64,000 nt of DNA from an uncultured Planctomycetota bacterium (GTDB lineage: Bacteria; Planctomycetota; JACOTG01; JAUIME01). Of the stretch, positions 8,575-16,193 are shown in pieces. The stretch spans positions 809 through 64,808 of the forward strand of contig CAZQZX010000007.1 of assembly GCA_964597885.1 (NCBI GenBank). Direction: 5' to 3'. The position numbers were made by a program, and so were the translations under genes. A model generated the notes under the pieces. The model saw only the letters and a list, made by a program, of their open reading frames with translations, did no database searches and was not told the origin of the DNA. Numbering within the stretch: the stretch's first letter is position 1; each line of letters opens with the position of its first letter.

Positions 8575-10137
8575 TCAACTCGCGGCGGCGCGGTCGGCCT
8601 CGATCGCGTCGCCCCGTCGTTCCTCTTCGATCTCGAGGTGGATCTGCACGGCGGCGAGGAAGTCGGTCTCGCGTTCGATGTCGGCGACCGTCAGCGGGTG
8701 ATCGACCATCCAGCCGGCCGGGAACCGCAGACGGATCTGCGTCCAGTCGGAGGAGACTTCGATATCCGGCGTGGCGGAGGTCGTTCGGCTGCGGTTCAGC
8801 AGCACCGAGATTCGCAGCAGCACGCCGAGTCGCAGCAGCAGCTCCGTGCGGGAGTCGTCGACGTACTCGGCGAGCGTCGCGCGCGTGAGCTTGCGGCGGT
8901 GGATACGGATCAGGGCCGCGATTCGCTTCTGCTCTTCCTCGGCGAACCCCGGCATGTCGGAGTGCCTGACGAGGTAGGCGCCGTGCTTCTGGAATCCCGC
9001 GTGCGACACCGCGATCCCGATCTCGTGCAGGTGCGAAGCCCATTCGAGGAGGCGCTCGGCTTCTTCCGTATCGATCTTCCAGTTCTGTCGCAGCTGCGCC
9101 AGCAGGTTGAGCGCGGTGCGTTCGACGCGGGCGGCCTGCGCGCGGTCGGCGTCGTACTGATCGAGGAAGCGTCGGATCGTGCGATCGCGGACATCCTCGT
9201 GCCGCATTCGGCCGGCCAGATCGTAGAGGACGCCTTCACGAAGGGCGCCCGACGACGAGCGCATCTCGTCGATCTCGAGTGCCTTGAAGACGGCCATGAG
9301 GATCGCGAGGCCGCCGGGTAGAACCGGGAGTCGTGACGAGGTCAGCCCGCGCAACTCGACCTTGTCGGAGCTTCCGAATCGCACGAGCGCCTTGCGGAGC
9401 TTCTTCATCCCGACGAGCGTGACGTTTTGCTCGGCCCACTCGTTCTGGCGCAAGATCTCGCCGATCGCGTTGATGGTCCCCGAGGCTCCGATCGCGGTCT
9501 CCCAGCCGATCTCGCGCAGGGAGCGGCCGATCGACTGAAGCTCGAGGCCGGCGGCCGTCTCGGCCTGGCGGAAGTTCTCGCGGTCGAGGCGTCCTTCTGG
9601 GAAGTAGCGGCGGCTGTAGCCCACGCATCCCATGTACAGGCTGTGCGCCTCGAGGACGTCGAACCCGCGGCCGGCGACGATCTCGGTGCTGCCGCCGCCG
9701 ATGTCGACGACGAGCTTTCGAGCCGCGCGCGTCGCGTGACTCTGGGTGACGCCGAGGTAGATGAGGCGCGCTTCTTCCTGCCCGGAGATGATCTCGACCT
9801 CGGTACCGAGGGCCCGGAGCGCTCGCTCGGCGAAGCCCCGGACTTTGCGCGCCTGCCGGAGCGTGTTCGTGCCGACGGCGCGCACGTGCGCATCGGGGAT
9901 GGCGCGCAGCCTCTGGCCGAAGCGTTCGAGACAGGCGATGGCGCGTTCCTGGGCTTCTTCGGAGAGCTCGCCGTTCTCGTCGAGCCCGGCGGCCAGGCGA
10001 ACCGGCTCGCGGAGGTGGTCGAACGTCTGGAGGTCGTGGGTGAGGAAGCGCGCAATGACCATGTGGAAGCTGTTGGATCCGAGGTCTACCGCGGCGAGTG
10101 TGATGGGCGCCGTCTCGTCGGCTCGCGCTTCGATCAT
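8575..10137 (-). CDS. ppx: Exopolyphosphatase / pppGpp phosphohydrolase
   Basis: AVDLGSNSFHM, VGTNTLR, EEARLIYLGV, DIGGGSTE, GALREG, LHEIG; GGAGGAG RBS before ATG 10137. Confidence 0.93.
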   Translation of the reverse strand: MIEARADETAPITLAAVDLGSNSFHMVIARFLTHDLQTFDHLREPVRLAAGLDENGELSEEAQERAIACLERFGQRLRAIPDAHVRAVGTNTLRQARKVRGFAERALRALGTEVEIISGQEEARLIYLGVTQSHATRAARKLVVDIGGGSTEIVAGRGFDVLEAHSLYMGCVGYSRRYFPEGRLDRENFRQAETAAGLELQSIGRSLREIGWETAIGASGTINAIGEILRQNEWAEQNVTLVGMKKLRKALVRFGSSDKVELRGLTSSRLPVLPGGLAILMAVFKALEIDEMRSSSGALREGVLYDLAGRMRHEDVRDRTIRRFLDQYDADRAQAARVERTALNLLAQLRQNWKIDTEEAERLLEWASHLHEIGIAVSHAGFQKHGAYLVRHSDMPGFAEEEQKRIAALIRIHRRKLTRATLAEYVDDSRTELLLRLGVLLRISVLLNRSRTTSATPDIEVSSDWTQIRLRFPAGWMVDHPLTVADIERETDFLAAVQIHLEIEEERRGDAIEADRAAAS

Positions 10138-10296
10138 GGTCTCCTCCGCACGGACGGGCTGCCTCGCCAGAACCGTGCTCGTTCGCCGCCATCTTATCAT
10201 AAGTCCCGTGTCCGTCGGACGAAGCGCTTGCGTGTCGAGGCGCTTCCTCGTGCTAGGCTACGCGTCGGGGATCATCCGCGTGCGGAGGTGGCGACC

Positions 10297-11052
10297 GTGG
10301 CACTCCAGATCGTCTTCACCGGGCTTCGAGAGACCGAGCCGCCGGCGAACCTCCGCGATCGATTCGAGCTGATCCACGCGCCGACGGTCGAGATCGCCCC
10401 CGTGCGGCCGCGAGGGACCGACTCGCTCGACGCGTTCCTCGACCGCCGGCCGCGCCTGCTGTTCACCGGGGTGCACGCCGTGGCCGGCTTCGAGGCGTGG
10501 ATGTCCGAGCGGCGTTCCCCGGTGCGCACGCTGCCCGGAGCGGTCGAGAGCTTCGGCCTCGGAGATGCGGTGATCGAGAGTCTTCGGGATCGCCTGTCGG
10601 TCACGGCCCGGACTCCGGAACGGACCACGGTCTCGGCAACCGTGAGCGCCCTGGCCGCGTCGGACGAGCCGGTGCTCGTCGTGTCGGGCGAGGGCGGCCG
10701 CCCCGACCTCGTCGCGAGCCTGCAAGCCCGCGGGATCGACGCGCGGGATGTGACGGTCTTCCGGACGACGATCTTCGACAACGCCGAGCTGCGGCGGCTT
10801 CATCGCGGCGACGATACGCAGGTGCTCGTGCTTCCCACCGAGCTCACGGTCCGCGGGCTCCTGCATACGATCCGCGTGGAGGATCTCGGCCGCCTGGCAT
10901 CCCGGCTCGTGCCGGTCGGCGCCGAGGCGCGGGAGGAGATCGAGGCGGCAGGGGGCGAGGTCTGGCTCGACGGTGAGCGCCGGCGCGTGCGCGACATCCT
11001 CGCCGACATCGTCCGTCGTCTGGTCGCCGAGCTCGACGCTCCTCCGGGCTAG
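10297..11052 (+). CDS. Uroporphyrinogen-III synthase (HemD)-like protein, degenerate
   Basis: C-terminal part of the 9427-11052 ORF; GGAGG RBS and GTG start; PTVEIAP, LLFTGVHAV, GEGGRPDLVASL..RG and VTVFRT follow the HemD layout. Confidence 0.65.
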   Translation: MALQIVFTGLRETEPPANLRDRFELIHAPTVEIAPVRPRGTDSLDAFLDRRPRLLFTGVHAVAGFEAWMSERRSPVRTLPGAVESFGLGDAVIESLRDRLSVTARTPERTTVSATVSALAASDEPVLVVSGEGGRPDLVASLQARGIDARDVTVFRTTIFDNAELRRLHRGDDTQVLVLPTELTVRGLLHTIRVEDLGRLASRLVPVGAEAREEIEAAGGEVWLDGERRRVRDILADIVRRLVAELDAPPG

Positions 11053-11146
11053 GGATTCACCGCGGCCGCCCGTGGTCTCTCGAGCCGGCGGTCGTGCAGA
11101 CGGATCGCCGCTGGCGAACGGGCGGACGGCCGGGTATCCTCCGGTC

Positions 11147-12505
11147 ATGGCTTCCTGTGATCCATCTGCGTTTCCGGCCGACCGTCTCGCCGAGTGGGTG
11201 CTCGACGCGCGCACCCGCACGCTCGACCTCGTCGAGGATCTCGACGAATCGACGTGGGAGACGGTGCCGCGGCTCGCGATCGTGAATCCGACGCGCTGGG
11301 AGATCGGGCACGTGGCGTGGTTCCAGGAGCGCTGGGTGCTCAGACACTGCGGCGGGAACGCCCCGATCCATCGAGGCGTGGACGCGTTCTACGACTCGAT
11401 GGCGGTCGAGCATGACACGCGCTGGGATCTCGCGCTGCCGGATCGTGACGGAACGCTCGGCTACTTGCGAGAAGCGGCGAACGGCGTGCTTGCGAGGATC
11501 GAAGACGGAGCGCTCACCGAGGCCGACGTGTACTTCATCCTGCTGTCGACCTTCCACGAAGACATGCACGACGAAGCCTTCACGTACACCCGGCAGACGC
11601 TCGGCCTTCCAGCGCCGACGTTCCGGAACAGTGGCCGAGGCGGGTTCGGAAGCGGAGGCGACCGAGCGAAGGCGCCCCGTCAGGAGCCCGTCGTTTCGGG
11701 GCCGTACCTCGGCGACGTGGAAGTGCCCGGGGGCGTGTTCCACCTCGGGTCCGAGCGGTCCGAAGCGTTCGTGTTCGACAACGAGCAGTGGGCCCATGCG
11801 GTCGAGGTCGAACCGTTCGCGATCTCGCGCGCCCCGGTGACGCAGTCTGAGTTCGCCGCATTCGTCGAAGATGCCGGCTACGCGCGACCCGAGCTGTGGA
11901 GTGAACAGGGGTGGGCGTGGAGAGAAGCCGCGGGCGCCGAGCTGCCGGCCTACTGGCGCCGGACTCCGACCGGCTTCGAGCGTCGCGCGTTCGATCGCTG
12001 GGTCGCCCTCGAGCCGTATCGCCCGGTGCAGCACGTGAGCTGGCTCGAGGCGGACGCCTACTGCCGATGGGTGGGACGTCGCCTTCCGACCGAGGCCGAG
12101 TGGGAAGCGGCGGCGATCGGGACGCGCGGCGGCGACGGGCGGCTCGCAGACGTCAAGCGGCGCTATCCCTGGGGAGACGAGCGTCCGGGGAGCGGGCACC
12201 TGAACTGTTGCTGGAACCAGATGGGCACCGTCGATGTCGCATCGTTCCCGGCGGGCGACAGCGCCTTCGGTTGCCGCCAGATGCTCGGCAACGTCTGGGA
12301 GTGGACCGCGGACGACTTCGGGCCGTTCCCCGGTTTCGAGCCCGGTCCGTACAAGGACTATTCGGTTCCCTGGTTCGGGGATCACAAGGTGCTCCGCGGG
12401 GGCGCCTGGATGACGCGAGCCCGGTTGATCCGGGGGACGGTTCGCAATTTCTATCGACCGGATCGCCGGGATGTGTACGCCGGCTTCCGGACCTGCGTGT
12501 CGTGA
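11147..12505 (+). CDS. senA: Selenoneine synthase SenA (EgtB-like; DinB_2 + FGE-sulfatase domains)
   Basis: DARTRTL, VNPTRWEIGHVAWFQE, HEDMHDE metal motif, FDNE, RLPTEAEWE, GNVWEW, YSVPWFG, GFRTC; translationally coupled to a SenB-type glycosyltransferase. Confidence 0.85.
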   Translation: MASCDPSAFPADRLAEWVLDARTRTLDLVEDLDESTWETVPRLAIVNPTRWEIGHVAWFQERWVLRHCGGNAPIHRGVDAFYDSMAVEHDTRWDLALPDRDGTLGYLREAANGVLARIEDGALTEADVYFILLSTFHEDMHDEAFTYTRQTLGLPAPTFRNSGRGGFGSGGDRAKAPRQEPVVSGPYLGDVEVPGGVFHLGSERSEAFVFDNEQWAHAVEVEPFAISRAPVTQSEFAAFVEDAGYARPELWSEQGWAWREAAGAELPAYWRRTPTGFERRAFDRWVALEPYRPVQHVSWLEADAYCRWVGRRLPTEAEWEAAAIGTRGGDGRLADVKRRYPWGDERPGSGHLNCCWNQMGTVDVASFPAGDSAFGCRQMLGNVWEWTADDFGPFPGFEPGPYKDYSVPWFGDHKVLRGGAWMTRARLIRGTVRNFYRPDRRDVYAGFRTCVS

Positions 12506-13488
12506 ACATCGGAATCGTCACTCCGATGGCCGGTCGCTCGTGGACGGGCAATCGCGCGACCGCCGAACGCTGGCATCGCATGATCTCCGGCCTCGGGCAT
12601 GCCGTCGAGATTCGCGAATCCTTCGAGGGCGAGAGCTGGGATGTCCTCGTCGCCCTTCATGCTCGGAAGAGCTTCGATTCGATCGCCCGCTTCCGTGCGC
12701 ACGATGAGTCGCGTCCGATCCTGGTGGTGCTGACCGGCACCGACGTCTACCAGGATCTTCCCGCCGACGACGTCTCGGTAATGCGGGCCCTCGAGATCGC
12801 CGATCGTCTGATCGTGCTCCAGCCGCGCGCGATCGACGAGCTTCCGGAGGCGGTTCGCGGCAAAGCGTGTGTGATCTATCAGTCGCTGTCCGCGCCGCAG
12901 GAGGCGGAGGACGCGTCGGATGAAGCAAACCGGGACGGGGAGGCGTTCGACGTCGTCGTCATCGGACACCTTCGGCCGGTGAAGGATCCGATGCGAACGG
13001 CGCTCGCGGCTCGCGACCTTCCGGACACCTCCCGGGTGCGGATCACGCACTTCGGCGCGGCGCTCGACGAAGCCTTCGCGCGGGAGGCGCGTGCCGAGCA
13101 GTCGCGCAACCCGCGGTATCGCTGGCTCGGCGAGCGTCCGCGAGAGGAGGTGCTCGCGGTGCTGTCCCGAGCGGACGTCCTCGTGCATCCCTCCGTCTTC
13201 GAGGGCGGTGCGAACGTGGTGTCGGAGGCGATCGTCCACGGGGTGCCCGTGCTCGCGTCGCGGACGGGCGGCAACGTCGGTCTTCTCGGCGACGACTACC
13301 CCGGATACTTCGAGGTCGGCGACACGGCGTCGCTGACTTCGCTCCTCGAACGGTCGGAGGGCGACGCGAGTTTTCTCGACGAGCTGCGGCGCGCCATCCG
13401 CGCCCGGCAGCCGCGATTCACGCCGGAAGCCGAGATCGAGGCCTGGCGGAAGCTCCTCGACGCGATCGAAGCGCGGCACGACGCGTAG
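12502..13488 (+). CDS. senB: Selenosugar synthase SenB (GT-B glycosyltransferase, TIGR04348-like)
   Basis: GTGA overlap with senA stop; IVTP...GNRATAERW, VALHARKS, VLTGTDVY, GHLRPVKDP, EGGANV, GNVGLLGDDYPGYF. Confidence 0.88.
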   Translation: MNIGIVTPMAGRSWTGNRATAERWHRMISGLGHAVEIRESFEGESWDVLVALHARKSFDSIARFRAHDESRPILVVLTGTDVYQDLPADDVSVMRALEIADRLIVLQPRAIDELPEAVRGKACVIYQSLSAPQEAEDASDEANRDGEAFDVVVIGHLRPVKDPMRTALAARDLPDTSRVRITHFGAALDEAFAREARAEQSRNPRYRWLGERPREEVLAVLSRADVLVHPSVFEGGANVVSEAIVHGVPVLASRTGGNVGLLGDDYPGYFEVGDTASLTSLLERSEGDASFLDELRRAIRARQPRFTPEAEIEAWRKLLDAIEARHDA

Positions 13489-13522
13489 GCTCGGAGCGGC
13501 GCGAGGTGCTACGATCGAGACG

Positions 13523-14905
13523 ATGAAGATCCGACCTCTCTTGAAAGCGTTCGTCCTCGTGGTGGCTACCGGCCTCGTGCTTCCCGCATGCGGCGGTGGG
13601 GGAGAGCCTCCGCTCCACGTGTTCGTGTTTCTCGTCGACACTGTTCGAAGCGATGCGCTCGGGTGCTACGGGGGCAAGGCCGGGGCGACCCCGCGGATCG
13701 ACGCGCTCGCCGCGGAGGGCGTGCGGTTCGATCAGGCGATCTCGGCGTCGGGGTGGACGCTTCCCTCGGTCGCGACGATCCTCACCGGGACCTGGCCGCG
13801 CATCCACGGGGCGAGCGGAAAGAACGTCACGCTCACGCCGGTCCGCGACGAGATCCCGACCGCGGCCGAAGTGATGAGCGATGCCGGTTTCACGACCCTC
13901 GGCTTTGCGAACGCGGCGTTCGTGAGCCCGATGCTGAAGCTCGATCGCGGCTTCGACCACTTCGATCACCGGTACACCTACAACTGGAACGCGCGCGCGG
14001 CGGACGAGACGATCGACGCGGCGATCGAGCGCGTGGAGAAGCACCGCGGCGACCCGAGCTTCGTGCTCGTGCACCTGTTCGATCCGCACCTGACGTACGA
14101 TCCGCCGGACGGGTGGGCCGAGCGCTTCACGGGCGGACGCACCACGCCCGAGACGCCGCTCACCATGGACCTGTGCGAGCAGCTCGCCGAGCGGGGAGGC
14201 GGCATCCCGGCAGCCTCCGATCGCAAGTACATCCGCGACGTCTACCATGCCGAGGTCGCGTTCATGGATTCCGAGATCGGGCGCTTCGTCGATCGGCTGC
14301 GCGAGCTCGGTCTCTACGATCGATCGATGATCGTGCTCGTGGCGGACCATGGCGAGGAGTTCTGGGACCACGGCGGATTCGAGCACGGTCACACCCTGTA
14401 CGACGAGCTGATCCGCGTGCCGATGATCGTGAAGTTTCCGGCGGACGTGGAGACCTCGCGCGCGGTCGTGACGGAGCAGGTCCGCACGCTGGATCTCATG
14501 CCGACGGTGTTCGAAGTCGCGGGGGTCGAGGCTCCGGAGACGTTCCTCGGCCGGTCGATCCTGCCGCTCGCACGGGGCGAGGCCGACGGCGAGCGACCGG
14601 CTTTCGCCGAAGGCACGCTCTACGGCGCCGACCGTCTCTGCTTCCGGAAGGACGGCTTCAAGTTCCTCGTCGACATGAATCCGAAGGCGAAGGTTCGTCG
14701 CGAGCTCTACGCCGTCGAGAAGGATCCGGCGGAGAGCGAGAACCTGATCCGTAACGAGAGCGCCGTGGCCAAGGAGATGGATGCCGATTTCCAGGTGTTC
14801 CTGAAGGGCGTCCTCGCGAGTACCGCCAAGCTTTCGCGCCCCGCGCCGGTCGACCTGAGCCCGCAGCGCATCGAGATGCTCCGCGAGCTCGGCTACGTGC
14901 GCTGA
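13523..14905 (+). CDS. Sulfatase-like / alkaline-phosphatase superfamily lipoprotein
   Basis: Lipobox-like LPAC; LVDTVRSD, WTLPSVATILTG, HLFDPH, ADHGEEF, HGHTLYDE. Confidence 0.85.
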   Translation: MKIRPLLKAFVLVVATGLVLPACGGGGEPPLHVFVFLVDTVRSDALGCYGGKAGATPRIDALAAEGVRFDQAISASGWTLPSVATILTGTWPRIHGASGKNVTLTPVRDEIPTAAEVMSDAGFTTLGFANAAFVSPMLKLDRGFDHFDHRYTYNWNARAADETIDAAIERVEKHRGDPSFVLVHLFDPHLTYDPPDGWAERFTGGRTTPETPLTMDLCEQLAERGGGIPAASDRKYIRDVYHAEVAFMDSEIGRFVDRLRELGLYDRSMIVLVADHGEEFWDHGGFEHGHTLYDELIRVPMIVKFPADVETSRAVVTEQVRTLDLMPTVFEVAGVEAPETFLGRSILPLARGEADGERPAFAEGTLYGADRLCFRKDGFKFLVDMNPKAKVRRELYAVEKDPAESENLIRNESAVAKEMDADFQVFLKGVLASTAKLSRPAPVDLSPQRIEMLRELGYVR

Positions 14906-14909
14906 GTGG

Positions 14910-16139
14910 CTAAGCGGGACCCTTCGGCGAGCGAAGGTCGAGCTTCATCCGTTCGCGGGGCGAGCCCTCGAGCTCGACTTCGATGCGCATCGGACGCAGT
15001 GCCGCGTGCTCGATCGAGAAGCGGAGCCCCGTCCCCCAGGAGATGCCGGCGTGACTTCCGTCCTCGGGTGTCGAGCGCGGCGCGTCCCAGGTGACGCCTT
15101 CCGCGTCGAGCCGGGCCTCCCATCGAGCCTGCGGTTGCCGCACTCCGGGTGTGCCGCCCGAGACCGATGCGTCTCGGAGGTCGCCCGCTGCGGTCTCGAT
15201 CCGCACGGCTCGGACCGCGCGCCGTTCGTCGCCGTTCTGGGCGAACAGGTTGGTGTGACGCCAGCCGTCTTTGCCGGCGCCGGTGCGGAGGCCGATCCGG
15301 ATCGTGCCGCCGCCCGGACAGGGCAGCGTGAAGAGACGAACCGACGGGTCGATCTCGTCCCACGCTTCGAGAGCGCCAGCGCCCGCGATCGTCGCCGCGG
15401 ACGACGGAAGGTCCATCACGATCCGACCGTCTGCGCGGCGGAAGGTCACCTCGCGGTAGGAGCGATTGTTGGCGGCGTTGCCGGCGCCCGAGTCGTCGGC
15501 CGCGACGATCTGCGCCTCGACGAAGTAGCGCGCGTGCGGATGGCGCGCCGGGTCGACGTCGGATTCCGCGGCCTGGAGCCGCCTTGCGATCGCCCGGCGG
15601 GCCGGGGCGATCGGGGGAGGGCTCGTCGGAAAGACCAGGGCGCCCGACGTCGGGTCGACGCCGGATCGAGGCCCGAGCGCCGACTGCCTCCCGTTGACGG
15701 TCGCGCTGTAGGGGTCGGAGCATCCGGGGCCGAGATACCGATCGTTCGTCCCGCCTCGGCAGGGGGAGCAGTAGCTTCCGTGCGCGGCGCGGTAGGCGTG
15801 CTTCACCCAGGAGGCGCCGATCTGCTCGAAGCGACCCTCGTCGATGCGATAGAGGTTCTGCGCGATGACGGGGTGACGATCGGACCAGCGATCCCAGGCG
15901 ACGTGCTCATCGCCGACGTTGCAGGAGATGGTACCGATCGAGTACGCGGCGATGCCGGCGACGCTGCCGTAGCTCCGGGCTTCGTGGATCTCGGCGATCA
16001 GGACATCGGGTCCTTCGGCCCGCCCGAGGGGATGTCTCGTGCTCGTCGTGCGGAACATCGAGAAGAGCCATCCCGAGCCGACGACGGCGAGCGTCGCGAG
16101 CGCGATCACCAGGAACGAGGATCGATCCGGCTTGGCCAT
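14910..16139 (-). CDS. Membrane-anchored or secreted Cys-containing hypothetical protein
   Basis: N-terminal hydrophobic helix; core GTISCNVGD, HPVIAQNLYR, FEQIGASWVKH, CSPC, GCSDPY. Confidence 0.7.
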   Translation of the reverse strand: MAKPDRSSFLVIALATLAVVGSGWLFSMFRTTSTRHPLGRAEGPDVLIAEIHEARSYGSVAGIAAYSIGTISCNVGDEHVAWDRWSDRHPVIAQNLYRIDEGRFEQIGASWVKHAYRAAHGSYCSPCRGGTNDRYLGPGCSDPYSATVNGRQSALGPRSGVDPTSGALVFPTSPPPIAPARRAIARRLQAAESDVDPARHPHARYFVEAQIVAADDSGAGNAANNRSYREVTFRRADGRIVMDLPSSAATIAGAGALEAWDEIDPSVRLFTLPCPGGGTIRIGLRTGAGKDGWRHTNLFAQNGDERRAVRAVRIETAAGDLRDASVSGGTPGVRQPQARWEARLDAEGVTWDAPRSTPEDGSHAGISWGTGLRFSIEHAALRPMRIEVELEGSPRERMKLDLRSPKGPA

Positions 16140-16193
16140 GCCCCCATTGAACCCGACCGTGGAGGCGAAAGGGAAGGGCGAAGCGCGACGGGA

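Noticed and set aside
9427-10296. N-terminal half of the 541-aa + ORF
   Set aside because: Antisense to ppx; only the HemD-like part from 10297 has an RBS and protein-like sequence.
11147-12505. Plain ergothioneine EgtB or formylglycine-generating enzyme call
   Set aside because: The NPxxWExGHVAWFQE signature and coupling to a SenB-type glycosyltransferase favour SenA; no egtD is adjacent.
11147-14905. Selenocysteine (UGA) read-through near the Se genes
   Set aside because: The UGA stops fall at natural domain ends or overlap the next start; no convincing SECIS or continued homology was seen.
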